Virus record (IMG/VR): IMGVR_UViG_3300030376_005538
Span: 1 to 46,305 of that record
Origin: a virus
Lineage: Duplodnaviria > Caudoviricetes
DNA: 46,305 nt
Direction: 5' to 3' (one strand)
Numbering within the stretch: position 1 is the stretch's first letter; every line of letters begins with the position of its first letter. Below the pieces are notes generated by a model that had not been told where the DNA came from, did not search any database, and was given only the letters and a program-made list of their open reading frames with translations. The position numbers and the translations under genes were made by a program. Positions 1 through 9,900 of the stretch are shown in pieces.

Positions 1-3000
1 ATTGCAGCCCTAAACTTGGAAAGCACTTCTATCAGACCAGCACGATCACTCACGCTCATTCTGTCTGCGAGTCTGTTTTTCTTGCTCACGAGCCCCCAGA
101 ATGCTGATGATAGTGACTCCATTTTGCTGAGGCTAAACTCAACTGAAGCTCCTGCCATGCCAGCCCACTGATTTGTTATCATGGACTCAAAGAAGCTGTT
201 CAACAGTTCTTCTTCTTGAGCTGCTGTTAGCTTAGTAATATCTGGCATCCCCCTTTCATTAAGCTGATCGGAAGTGAGATTGTAGTCAATTAGAGTAGCA
301 TTTATCCAGCCAGAAAGCATTGCATTTCCTCCTCTCTTTCCGAGGTCGTGCAGCTCTTGAACAAGGGCCTTTCTGTGGGTTTCGTTTTCATAAACCTCTC
401 TAAGGCCTGCGTGCCCAAGCTCGTGAATAACGGCTTTTGAGCTTGTTTCTGGGCTAACAATAATGCCAACAATCTTGCCGTCTTGAGTTACTGCAAGGGC
501 CTCAACCTCAGACACAGAAATGCCATTTTCTTCCGCGTATGCAATAACATCTTTATCCTGCTCAAAAGCCTTTCTAGATCCGTGAGCAGTGGTGTATGCG
601 TTATTTGAAATAAACGGAGCAACACTTTTTAACAAATCAATGACTCCTTCTTGGAATCTAGAGTTAAACTCCTCATCATCCACCTTTCCCTCCATATCCA
701 AGGTGCCATCTTCTAGGGCTCCCTTAATTATAAGCACATCGTTTTCCCTTGCAATTTGAGCGTCGAGATCATCGTCGTACTCCTTCATTCCCTCTTCCGC
801 CTCATTTTGAAGTGACTCAGTCTCTGGGTCTGGCTTAGACGTAAGTCCCTGAAGCTCAGCAACCTCTTCTGGGGTGGCTGGTCTCTCAGTCATGACTTGT
901 TCGAGCTGATTGCCTTGACCGTCCCTTGCCTTAAATGTTACTGGCTTGCTGAGGGCTTTTGCAGCATCCCCTTTCAACTCCTCCATTCGCTGAACCGCCT
1001 CCTCGATGTTTCCGTGGATACGGTCTTGATCTTGTTTTCTTTGATTTTCGTCTTCTATTTCGGATGCCGCATCGTATTCAGCCGACAGTCTTTGCATGAT
1101 TGTGTTCAGGGAAATCATGCTGTAAGCAATCTGCTCATGCTCCCTTACCAAAGTATCTGCCTGATCAACAGCAATCTTGTCTTTTTCTGTAAGTCTGTTT
1201 TGAAGCATTTTAGCTTCGTCCATCATAGAAGCCCTAGTAGACTCTGGGAGGTTTTTATTCATCAACAATCTGTTGATGTTTATCATCCTCTGCGCGTCGG
1301 CGCTGTTCTTTTTCTCCTGATTTCTTATGGTTTGCTGAAGATTGTAAACCGTAACAAATTCAGGATTTTGCGCTAGGCCATCTGCAATCATTTTTTCTTG
1401 CTTGGCAATGCCAACGCCAGTCATGACCGTAGACCCAGCTGGAGCCATCATAACACCCATCATGTAATCGTGCTTGGATTGCTCCATAGCTTCATTCCAG
1501 TTCCACTGCTTACCCGTGATAAGGCTTTTGTTGTATGACTGCCACAAGCCAGTCACGACCTCTGTCAACCCCTCCTCTGGAAGGTTTATGGCTTGAGAGC
1601 CAAAGTATCCGATTAGGTAGTCCTTAAAACGACCCATTCCAGACGCCTTGATTGTTCCGTCCCCCCACTTGCCAAGCAATCCTGTAAGGCGGTTGGCAAG
1701 AAACTCTGGAACCCCCTCTGCCAACCCATCACCTATGGCGTGACCATAGATCTTAAACTCACTTCTGTCCACCTTGATACCAAGGTCCTCAAACGTGTTT
1801 GCTTTACCCATAAACCTGGCCTCTGAAAGCATGTTCATGGCTTCGGTTGGATCAATGCTGTTCCCCTCAGAGTCGGTGTAATTGTCGTACAGGTACCTTT
1901 CCTTTTCGTTGGAAATGATATCCAAATACTTGGCTCCATAAGACCTGATACCCCCGACAATTCCCGCAGAGGCCTCTTGCAATCCAATGCCCCTAATGAT
2001 TCCTCCAGCCCCGCCCTTAAACCCACCGAGAGATCTTCCCCCGCTAAGCGTTACGGCTGCAAACTGATTGTACAAGTTGCCAGGCATAGACTCAGAAGCA
2101 TCCATAAACTCCTCCCTAGCAAAGCTGTCTCCGAGACCAACCAAGTAGGCAAGACCGTTGATGGTCTTCAGGTCGTAATCAATCAGGTCTTCTGCTGAAA
2201 TGTCCATGTATGCTGAGTCGCCAAACTTTTCATACATGGTTCTGTTCATAACTTGTTGAGACCTAAGAGATTTAGCGTCCTCAAGCGATGAATTAAAAGT
2301 GTTGGCCCAAGCTTCAGATACGCCCTCAAGCTTACCACCGCTTACAAAGTCAAACAAAGACAAGACAACGCCACCAATGTCTTTGCCCAAGGTGGCTGTG
2401 CCCGCGCCAAAGCTTACTCCAAAATCCTTTAGAAAAGAGTTTACTCCGCCAGCATAGTTGTCTCCAGTAAGGTCTATCTTGAGGTTGTGGCGATCAAATA
2501 TGTGTCTTTCTGCTGCCTGAAGCTGCTCTAAAGACTGATCCTTAAAGGTGTTCTCAATCATGAAATCTCTAAGAAATCGAGACTCAAAAAACACATCGTA
2601 GCTCTCGTTTCTTCTGGCTATCTCATTGAGTGCCAGCATGTAGGCCTTATTCGTTCTAAGTTTTGCGGGATCTATGTCTTCGACATTTCTTCCGCCAAGA
2701 ACCTGCTCCACAACTTCCGTTGGAGACATTCCATCGTACATTTCAAGCCCCTGCCCAAAGGTGGTCAAAGGCTCGTTCATCATCTCAGTATAAGCGGAAT
2801 CTTCGGCCCTGAGTGCTGCATACTCCTCTGGCTTATCCTGCATAAGCTCCACCAAGTCGAACATCCCAAGATCTCCAACGTGCATGTTGCCAATGTTTCT
2901 TTGCTCCCCTGTAAAAGCGGTCCAAACAAAGGGCTGGGCTACGTTCTCGGGCATTCGATTTGTGTTAGGGGCGTTTTCCCTGACACCATCCATGTATGCG

Positions 3001-3782
3001 TCGTTGATAAGCTCTGATTTTTTCCCTTCAGAAATTTTTTGAGACTCTACCTCAATGTGCTTTTGAGCATCATCAAGCCACGTTTTCTGCTGCTTTTGAG
3101 TCAGATTATAAATCTCTACATCTTTGTTGTACTTCGGGAGAATAGCATTGTATTCCTCAGCGTTTTCCAAAAAACGAGTAACCGCCTCTGGATCATACAC
3201 CTCATCGTATGTTGCTTCATCCCAAGAAACCGTAGGTCCTGGGGCACTTTCCCCTGGCATCAGTATATCCTGATTGAGCTCAATCGGTGCGTTTTTCAGG
3301 ACTTTTTTTGAAAGAGGGGCGAGAGGCTGCCCATGGTCTTTCATCCATTGCATGTTCTCGGTGAACCTGGGTGTGGGCATAGCGCCCAACACAGAGTCCG
3401 ATTCCAGGTACTCCATGGTTGCCGAACTTCTATCCTGCTCTTGTGCCGCGTCAAGCTCTGCTTGTTGACCCTTCGTTAAGGTCTTGTTGTTGTATATGTC
3501 AGTGTACCTCAGGTCTTGCTCATTGCTCAAGCCCACTGCGTTCCCATCAATCTCACCCAGATCTCTACCGATCTGCATTTTGTCATCAAAAGAAGGAGTC
3601 ATACTACCCCCTGCCTCTTCAAGTCTTTTGTTAAAGATGGGCTCCCACGCATCTCTTGTGTATGTCTTGTCGAGTTGCTTTGAGAGTTGGTCCCAAGAAG
3701 TGCCCAGGTCCAGTGCCGATTGAATATCACTATTTATCAGAGACTCCTGATACGAGGGTCTCTTCGCAGCGCGAATTGCCAT
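1..3782 (-). CDS. Giant virion/ejected (cargo) protein, N-terminal >1260 aa, truncated by the window edge; contains a zincin HExxH motif
   Basis: Absent from the ORF track, consistent with no stop inside the window. ATG at 3782 gives MAIRAAKRPSYQESLINSDIQ and the same frame is open at base 1 (..DRAGLIEVLSKFRAA). VIHELGHAGLR at ~402-431. Gly/Ala-rich hydrophobic segments. Position follows two cargo-type genes. Confidence 0.8.
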   Translation of the reverse strand, partial: MAIRAAKRPSYQESLINSDIQSALDLGTSWDQLSKQLDKTYTRDAWEPIFNKRLEEAGGSMTPSFDDKMQIGRDLGEIDGNAVGLSNEQDLRYTDIYNNKTLTKGQQAELDAAQEQDRSSATMEYLESDSVLGAMPTPRFTENMQWMKDHGQPLAPLSKKVLKNAPIELNQDILMPGESAPGPTVSWDEATYDEVYDPEAVTRFLENAEEYNAILPKYNKDVEIYNLTQKQQKTWLDDAQKHIEVESQKISEGKKSELINDAYMDGVRENAPNTNRMPENVAQPFVWTAFTGEQRNIGNMHVGDLGMFDLVELMQDKPEEYAALRAEDSAYTEMMNEPLTTFGQGLEMYDGMSPTEVVEQVLGGRNVEDIDPAKLRTNKAYMLALNEIARRNESYDVFFESRFLRDFMIENTFKDQSLEQLQAAERHIFDRHNLKIDLTGDNYAGGVNSFLKDFGVSFGAGTATLGKDIGGVVLSLFDFVSGGKLEGVSEAWANTFNSSLEDAKSLRSQQVMNRTMYEKFGDSAYMDISAEDLIDYDLKTINGLAYLVGLGDSFAREEFMDASESMPGNLYNQFAAVTLSGGRSLGGFKGGAGGIIRGIGLQEASAGIVGGIRSYGAKYLDIISNEKERYLYDNYTDSEGNSIDPTEAMNMLSEARFMGKANTFEDLGIKVDRSEFKIYGHAIGDGLAEGVPEFLANRLTGLLGKWGDGTIKASGMGRFKDYLIGYFGSQAINLPEEGLTEVVTGLWQSYNKSLITGKQWNWNEAMEQSKHDYMMGVMMAPAGSTVMTGVGIAKQEKMIADGLAQNPEFVTVYNLQQTIRNQEKKNSADAQRMININRLLMNKNLPESTRASMMDEAKMLQNRLTEKDKIAVDQADTLVREHEQIAYSMISLNTIMQRLSAEYDAASEIEDENQRKQDQDRIHGNIEEAVQRMEELKGDAAKALSKPVTFKARDGQGNQLEQVMTERPATPEEVAELQGLTSKPDPETESLQNEAEEGMKEYDDDLDAQIARENDVLIIKGALEDGTLDMEGKVDDEEFNSRFQEGVIDLLKSVAPFISNNAYTTAHGSRKAFEQDKDVIAYAEENGISVSEVEALAVTQDGKIVGIIVSPETSSKAVIHELGHAGLREVYENETHRKALVQELHDLGKRGGNAMLSGWINATLIDYNLTSDQLNERGMPDITKLTAAQEEELLNSFFESMITNQWAGMAGASVEFSLSKMESLSSAFWGLVSKKNRLADRMSVSDRAGLIEVLSKFRAA

Positions 3783-3785
3783 GTC

Positions 3786-5399
3786 TTATCGGTTTGTGTA
3801 TTTGTTGTAAATATACCGCGCTCCCTCTTTTTCAGCATCTCCTGGCGCAGCGTTTATGGAATTTCCGATAGCCCTGTAAAACGCCTCGGCTTGATCGTTA
3901 TCAAGGATGGCGTAATATGGCATTGGAACCTTCTCCTCAATCATAGTCACAGCCCCTTGCCCCTGTTCCACCAACAACCTTCTTGTTTCCTCTGGAATGC
4001 TAGGGTCTGGAACCATTCTAGTTCCATACTTCACAAACTGACCAACGAGTTTGTTGTCAAGGTTTCCTCTTTCAGAAAACACGAGGGACGCACCTACAAG
4101 CTCATCTCTCAGCTCACCCATCTGGATAGCCTTTCCAAGACCTGTCATTGGACCAATGTCCTTAAAATCGTCTCTGGTAAGGAAGTTTTGATTAAATGCG
4201 CCTTTACCTCCGTAGTTCTGCTGTGGGCCTCCTGTTTCAGCAAGAACGACGTCCTGATAGGCTTTGTTGCCTTCAAACGGAATAGGAATAATCTTATTGT
4301 CGTTAAGCATTTCGCTTCTAGGGACGACATCTTTATTCTTGTGTCTCGCTTCGTATTCTTGAATCATGTTTGACTGACCGAGCTCCCAAACTTTTTCAAA
4401 CATTTTGGCATTTGGGATGTTGGGATCAAAATCCATAGAAGTCAACCCCCCGTTGAATCCCATGCCAGAGCCCTCCATGCCTACGAAAATGTCTCTAAGA
4501 GTTTTTATATCTGGAGTGTCTCCAAAAATGCCTGGGCCAAACTGATCAAACACGTCTCTTCTGAAGTGCTTATCTCTACCAAACTGAACGTTGTAGTACT
4601 GCCTCACCTCTTCGGCGCCGCCATCCCCAACAAACTGCTCAGCCTCTTTTGAAGAGGCGTAATCAGCCATTACCTGAGGGTCAACCATAGTCATCTCTCT
4701 AAGGAAAGCGTTTGGTCCCTCGTTGTTTGCCAAAAAGTCTTTTGCAGCAATGTTTTTCATTGAGGCAAGATTAGTTGGGTCACCAACACTGTATGTCCAC
4801 TGATAGTTTTCGTCGTAAAAACCGTCTACAACTTGTTCGTTTCGAGACTTACCAAGATTTCTAGTTCTAAACGTTCTGTTTAGATCTCTCTGAGCGCTGG
4901 CAACGCCTTCATCGCCCTGGTCCAAACCCTTGATAATCACTCTGTTATCTTCGTAAACATTCTCGCCTCTCTCTACCCAGGCGTCAATGGCTCCTAGATA
5001 CCCATAATATGTTGAGTCGGTTTCTTTTGCCGTTTCTGGGTTTCCAACTTCTGCCCTGTAGTTGGTTTTCATTTTTTCAATATCTGTGTAGATACCGTTT
5101 ATCATGGTCGTGTACGTCAGGGCGTCAATTTTGTTTTCGGCAAAAAGCCTTCCTGTTTCCTCGATGTGCTTTTGTTCAACGTTAGCCTGCCACGACCACA
5201 TGTCGTTTCCGTCGAATTTAGCCTGATCGTCTACAATTTGCTTCCGAACCTCGGCTTGGCGCTTTGCTTCAGCCTGATTTCTTTGAGCCTGTACGCGACC
5301 GTAGTCACTTAAGGACTTAAGCGTTGATTGTCTTGACTGAGCAAGGTCATCTGTTATGCCCTGAGAAAACTGAGTGTATTGCTTTAAGTAATTAGGCAT
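3786..5399 (-). CDS. Putative internal virion (cargo/ejection) protein, ~537 aa
   Basis: Long ORF with an N-terminal Gln/Arg-rich coiled coil; lies between the pilot-like gene and the giant gene, as crAss-like cargo genes do. Confidence 0.6.
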   Translation of the reverse strand: MPNYLKQYTQFSQGITDDLAQSRQSTLKSLSDYGRVQAQRNQAEAKRQAEVRKQIVDDQAKFDGNDMWSWQANVEQKHIEETGRLFAENKIDALTYTTMINGIYTDIEKMKTNYRAEVGNPETAKETDSTYYGYLGAIDAWVERGENVYEDNRVIIKGLDQGDEGVASAQRDLNRTFRTRNLGKSRNEQVVDGFYDENYQWTYSVGDPTNLASMKNIAAKDFLANNEGPNAFLREMTMVDPQVMADYASSKEAEQFVGDGGAEEVRQYYNVQFGRDKHFRRDVFDQFGPGIFGDTPDIKTLRDIFVGMEGSGMGFNGGLTSMDFDPNIPNAKMFEKVWELGQSNMIQEYEARHKNKDVVPRSEMLNDNKIIPIPFEGNKAYQDVVLAETGGPQQNYGGKGAFNQNFLTRDDFKDIGPMTGLGKAIQMGELRDELVGASLVFSERGNLDNKLVGQFVKYGTRMVPDPSIPEETRRLLVEQGQGAVTMIEEKVPMPYYAILDNDQAEAFYRAIGNSINAAPGDAEKEGARYIYNKYTNR

Positions 5400-6883
5400 C
5401 ACTTTCTAAATTGAGGTTGCGCCAACAAAGATCCCATATAATCTGCGAGTTTCAAAGCCGCATCTATTTCTTCTTTCGATCTATTTCTTTTCACCTTTGT
5501 GCCCATGTTGGCGTATAGGTTTTCTTCGCCCCCCATGGAGTCCATGGTGAGGTTTTCAATCATGCTGGACATTTCGTTATTAAAAATAAGCTCATCACCA
5601 GTAGTAACCGCCTGAACCATGTCGTTATCTTGAATGTCCCTATACGACTGAATTTTGCCAGAGTCAAGTCCAGACTTAAGATCTTCTTGATCAATCAGCA
5701 CTTGGTCATTGCCTGTTTCTGGCTTGTTTGGGTCTCCATGATTGAATTCACCTTTTGTTCGATCAACCATTCCGCCATCCTCTTTGGATAGATACCGAGT
5801 CGCTCTCCCTCCGTCCTCCATAAACTTACCTCCTGAGTTAAGGAAGTATTCGAGATTGATAAGAGCATCAATCTTACCGCCTCCCCTACCCTCAGGGATC
5901 GCTGGAGCGCTAGTGGCAGCGTCTGTCTCACCGCCTGTGTTAGAGGGATCTGGAGCGTCACCGTCATTCTCGCCCTCTTCAGGGGCGGGGTCATTAGAAG
6001 GCTTTTGAATCTCCTGCATCGTATCCCTCATAAAGTCTCTTGACCGATATAGCGCTTCAGTGGTAGAGTGTGAAGATTTTATAAAGTCACCGAGGTAGTT
6101 TCCACCACCTTCTGCAAGAGTTTTAACTCTTCCCCCTTCCTCGGCGTCTTCGAAACTAATCCCTGCGGCTGCAGCGCTAACACCAGCAGACGCTATGTCT
6201 CCTCCCAGCTGAGCCGTTCGAGCAGCATTGGTTACACTAGCTTGAAGTGGCATGGCAGTGGCCTGATATCCAAGGTCGAATCCTTGATCCTGAGCGTCGA
6301 ACATGAACTTTTGCAGAGCATCTTCTTTTGCCTGCATGTACTGATTCTTGAAGTTTGCGTACTGCTGATCAGCCATGTTCTGAGCTGCAGCATTTTTTGC
6401 ATTGATGTCAGCCTCCATGCCGCCTACGGCAAGCTTGGCATCGACATCGTCCTTAGCAAGCTCTGAGGCTGTTTGCTTAACGCCCTGCTTGTATTGCTGG
6501 GTGGCCTTGGCGCTCGCGTATGCCTTGAGTCGAGGATCGGCGCTAGAGCCAGCAATAGCGGTAGCCATAGCTGCATCAGCCCCCTCCATGTAATTCTTCA
6601 TGGCTTCGTCGCTACGAGCATCGTCTAGAGCGTCGTAGGCGGTCTGAGGCATCTTTACGTCCTCTGGGTCAACCCTTTCTATAGGAATCGGTATATCTCC
6701 TGATCGGAGAGACTCCAATTCGTCCATCATGGTATTAGCTCTCTGCTGAAGAACGTCTTCCTGAGCGTTCAGTTCTTCAGCAAGCTTTTCCGCAAGTTCT
6801 TTTTCTCTTTTGTTTGCGGATGCCGTTGAGATACCGTTTACGATAAGGCCCCCAGCTATTACCGCTCCTATAATTATTGGCAT
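5399..6883 (-). CDS. Putative ejection/pilot-type cargo protein, 494 aa
   Basis: N-terminal hydrophobic Gly/Ala helix (MPIIIGAVIAGGLIVNG), Ala/Gln-rich coiled coils, several xxxGG motifs; directly downstream of the tail stabilisation gene. Confidence 0.65.
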   Translation of the reverse strand: MPIIIGAVIAGGLIVNGISTASANKREKELAEKLAEELNAQEDVLQQRANTMMDELESLRSGDIPIPIERVDPEDVKMPQTAYDALDDARSDEAMKNYMEGADAAMATAIAGSSADPRLKAYASAKATQQYKQGVKQTASELAKDDVDAKLAVGGMEADINAKNAAAQNMADQQYANFKNQYMQAKEDALQKFMFDAQDQGFDLGYQATAMPLQASVTNAARTAQLGGDIASAGVSAAAAGISFEDAEEGGRVKTLAEGGGNYLGDFIKSSHSTTEALYRSRDFMRDTMQEIQKPSNDPAPEEGENDGDAPDPSNTGGETDAATSAPAIPEGRGGGKIDALINLEYFLNSGGKFMEDGGRATRYLSKEDGGMVDRTKGEFNHGDPNKPETGNDQVLIDQEDLKSGLDSGKIQSYRDIQDNDMVQAVTTGDELIFNNEMSSMIENLTMDSMGGEENLYANMGTKVKRNRSKEEIDAALKLADYMGSLLAQPQFRK

Positions 6884-6911
6884 AATGTGGTGTTTTCTAC
6901 AAAATTAAACA

Positions 6912-9900
6912 TTATCTTCTTTTGGTTCTACGCCTTGCGGCTGATTTTGTTGAAGTGGTAGATGATTTGATGTCTACATCATAATCGACCTCAATTCCAA
7001 AAACATGATTTTCTGCAAGACTCGACGTTTCGCACTCAACCTCAAGGAATCTTCCCCTCACCTTAGTGCCCTCTCCAGCGCCTTCTGGATATCTAGAGTA
7101 AATTGTTTTGATTCTTTTTAGGTCTTCATTAAGGTCCCCGCTAAACAATCCTAGGCGGACAAGCCAAGTAAGATATGTCACCTCCTGCAGGGCATCATCA
7201 AAATTGATTTCTACATCCGTCACCTCACTAAAGCCCTCGCTTGTAGATCCAAATGCCCCCAAGAAAGCAAGAAGGTCTGCAGTGCTCACCGAGTCGTCGT
7301 CATTGAAGTCACCAACTAGGTCTTCCCCAACAATGTTGAACTGATTTAAGAACGCCAAAAGGTCCGAAACAGTTATCGCTCCATCAGGCCCATTGGGCCC
7401 AATGTCAAAAATTTCATTCTCCCACACCTGACCAGTTTCTGTGACTGTTTCCCCGTAATTCAGGTAGTTCAGCGCAAAGCAAAGCTGTACGTTTTGAGAC
7501 CCAAAAATTCCAAACGATCCGTCAGATCCGTCTGTAAAGTAGTAAGAGTAAAGAGGTGAGAACATGAGGTCCATGAAACTCGTAAACCCTGTATCTATAT
7601 CTTCTTCTGGCCACAAGTATCCGCCCGACAGCCATGGGTCTCTGACATTTAAGAAGCCCTCTCCCAAGCCTCCCTCTACACCCCCGTGGAGAAATTCATT
7701 CTCATTGTAAAAGGTTTTCCATTCGTCAATTCTTGCTGGAGGTATGTTCTTGAAGTCAGCCTCAAAAACGATGTTATAGATTTCAAAATCCTGACCACCT
7801 ATTGGGCTGTATCCAACGTTGCTTAAGGACGTAACCCTATCGTAAATAACATCAACGATTCTCCACCTGGCTTGCTCTGCTGCATTCTGAGTGCTGTATG
7901 CTGAATTAAGAGCGATAACACCGTTTAGCTTGTTTATACCAAGGGGTCTAGTTCTCCTCATTTTAGTTTCTTCTCCATCCCAAGGGGTGGATGGCTCTCC
8001 AACCTCAAAACATCTTGATGCGTCCCCCTGAGGGAACGCGGTTTGGAAAACGGGGTGACCCGCTGGGTATGGCATTTTCACCTGAAACTTGTTGCCGCCA
8101 ACCCACTTGAAATTAGGAATAAACTTGCACCACTTACCATCGTGATCATTGATCGGGAAAGTCGGTATTTGATACATCTGAGAATAGTCCAGCGAAGACG
8201 GATTGAGTACAGACTCTTGTTGAGGAGGAATTGGTCCGTACCACTTTTCGTAGTATCTCTTAAAGTTTGAAAACGGAATTGACACCTCAATGTCGTTGTC
8301 CTCATTGATCAACTTTCCAGTCTTAACTTTTACGTTCCATTTATCTTCTGAGTCTATGGCAACAGCATTAAATGTTTTTGACTCATTTAGCCTGTCGTTA
8401 ATCACAGATGTGAATTTAGCTTTTGCTGCCTTGCCGTGTATGTAGTTCGGACTAACTTCGTCCGAGCTGTGAAGCCAAGCGTATGTGCTTGTTTGATCCC
8501 CACCGTTGTCAGGGTGCTGCACCCCCGTGGCATGGAATGATATCAAATTGTCCCCAAGAGATACGTAGTCAGACGAGCTAAAGCTATACCTTGTTTTCCA
8601 AAACTTTTGAGTTTTTAGATCAAAAGCGAGAGTCTTAAGAGGCTCGTAGTCTGCTTCAGAGTCAGGCCAAAGTTGAGCATCACCCAGCTTATGCAGTGTA
8701 ACCAAAAGCTCTCTATTTCTAGGGTCGTACCCAGTGGATATCTTCAAAGGAGTTCGAGGCCCGTAAAGGAACTTTGAAAGCTCCTCCTTAAAGTAGCTAG
8801 AAACATTAAGGTTGGATATAATAACAGGGGCCTGCCTGTCCCTAAGCATAATAATTTCAGACTTGTCTGGGTTGACAAAGAAGTAGTTTTGATCTATGCG
8901 AATTACAGACTCAGGGTGTTTGCCCACACCTCCGTTATACTCCCTTTCCTTCTCCGTACCGTAGACCTTTGTTGCAGCAACAAGAATGTCCTCCTGGAGG
9001 GAGCTAATCATGTTTCTGTTGTACGGAACTCTAGTCACCTGATTTTCGAAAAAGACGTTCATAAACGAGCCGTCATAGTCTATTTTCTGTATTGATCCAA
9101 ACGTAGTGTTCAAATCCTTAAAGTTTCCTACTGGAGGAAATGAAAGCCAGTTTATGTCGTAAGAGCCTGGGGCGGTAAGCTCGGAAAAAGAAATTGAGCT
9201 TTCTCGTCTTGTCTCCGTTTGATTAGGGCTGACGAAATGAAGTCTACCGTAATTTTTGGATTTTGACACATAGAAGTCCGTAAATCCATCAGCCTCCAAG
9301 TAATACAGAGCAAAATCATCACTTCTTTCTGGGTAATTTGAGGTTCCAGAAACCACTGGAACATACTCCCCCAATGAATCGTCGTAGTCTTGAATGTTTA
9401 CAGGAACACCCCTAAAATACACGTCACCCTGAAACATATTTATGGTGTTGAACTCGTGAGTTCTTGAATCAGTTCCCCCGTTGGTGACCCTCCCTCCGTA
9501 GTTAGTCTCGTAATAAGGCCTAGCCTCATCTGAAAGCGCGTCCTTTGGCCTTACTATTTCTACAATGCACCTATTCTTCCAGAAGTCTGAAGAGTTTGAT
9601 ACGTCGCTAATAGAGAAGTTTGTTGCCGACGGATTGTTTTCCACCACAAGCATTTGACCGCTTCTAGCTATGTTAAAAGTTGGGTCAGAAAGCGGTCCAG
9701 AGTCGGTAAAAAATAGTGGGTGATCTTCCGTAGACAGCTGAGGAGACAGCGTAACAAGATCAACGATTGGAAACTCCCAAGACTGATCTGGGTACACCAC
9801 ACCCCCCGTGGAGTCAGAGTAGTAAAGAACTCTTAGAAAATCACCCTCAGCAAACCTATACAGCTCCTTTGACCCATCGTACTGATTTACAGCTGGGTAC

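Noticed and set aside
3300-3312. A7 run (TCA AAA AAA GTC) as a programmed frameshift site
   Set aside because: The zero frame stays open and I saw no stimulatory structure or useful alternative frame.
897-3723. Short ORF-track calls suggesting a gene-poor region
   Set aside because: The region is one minus-strand ORF running off the window edge.
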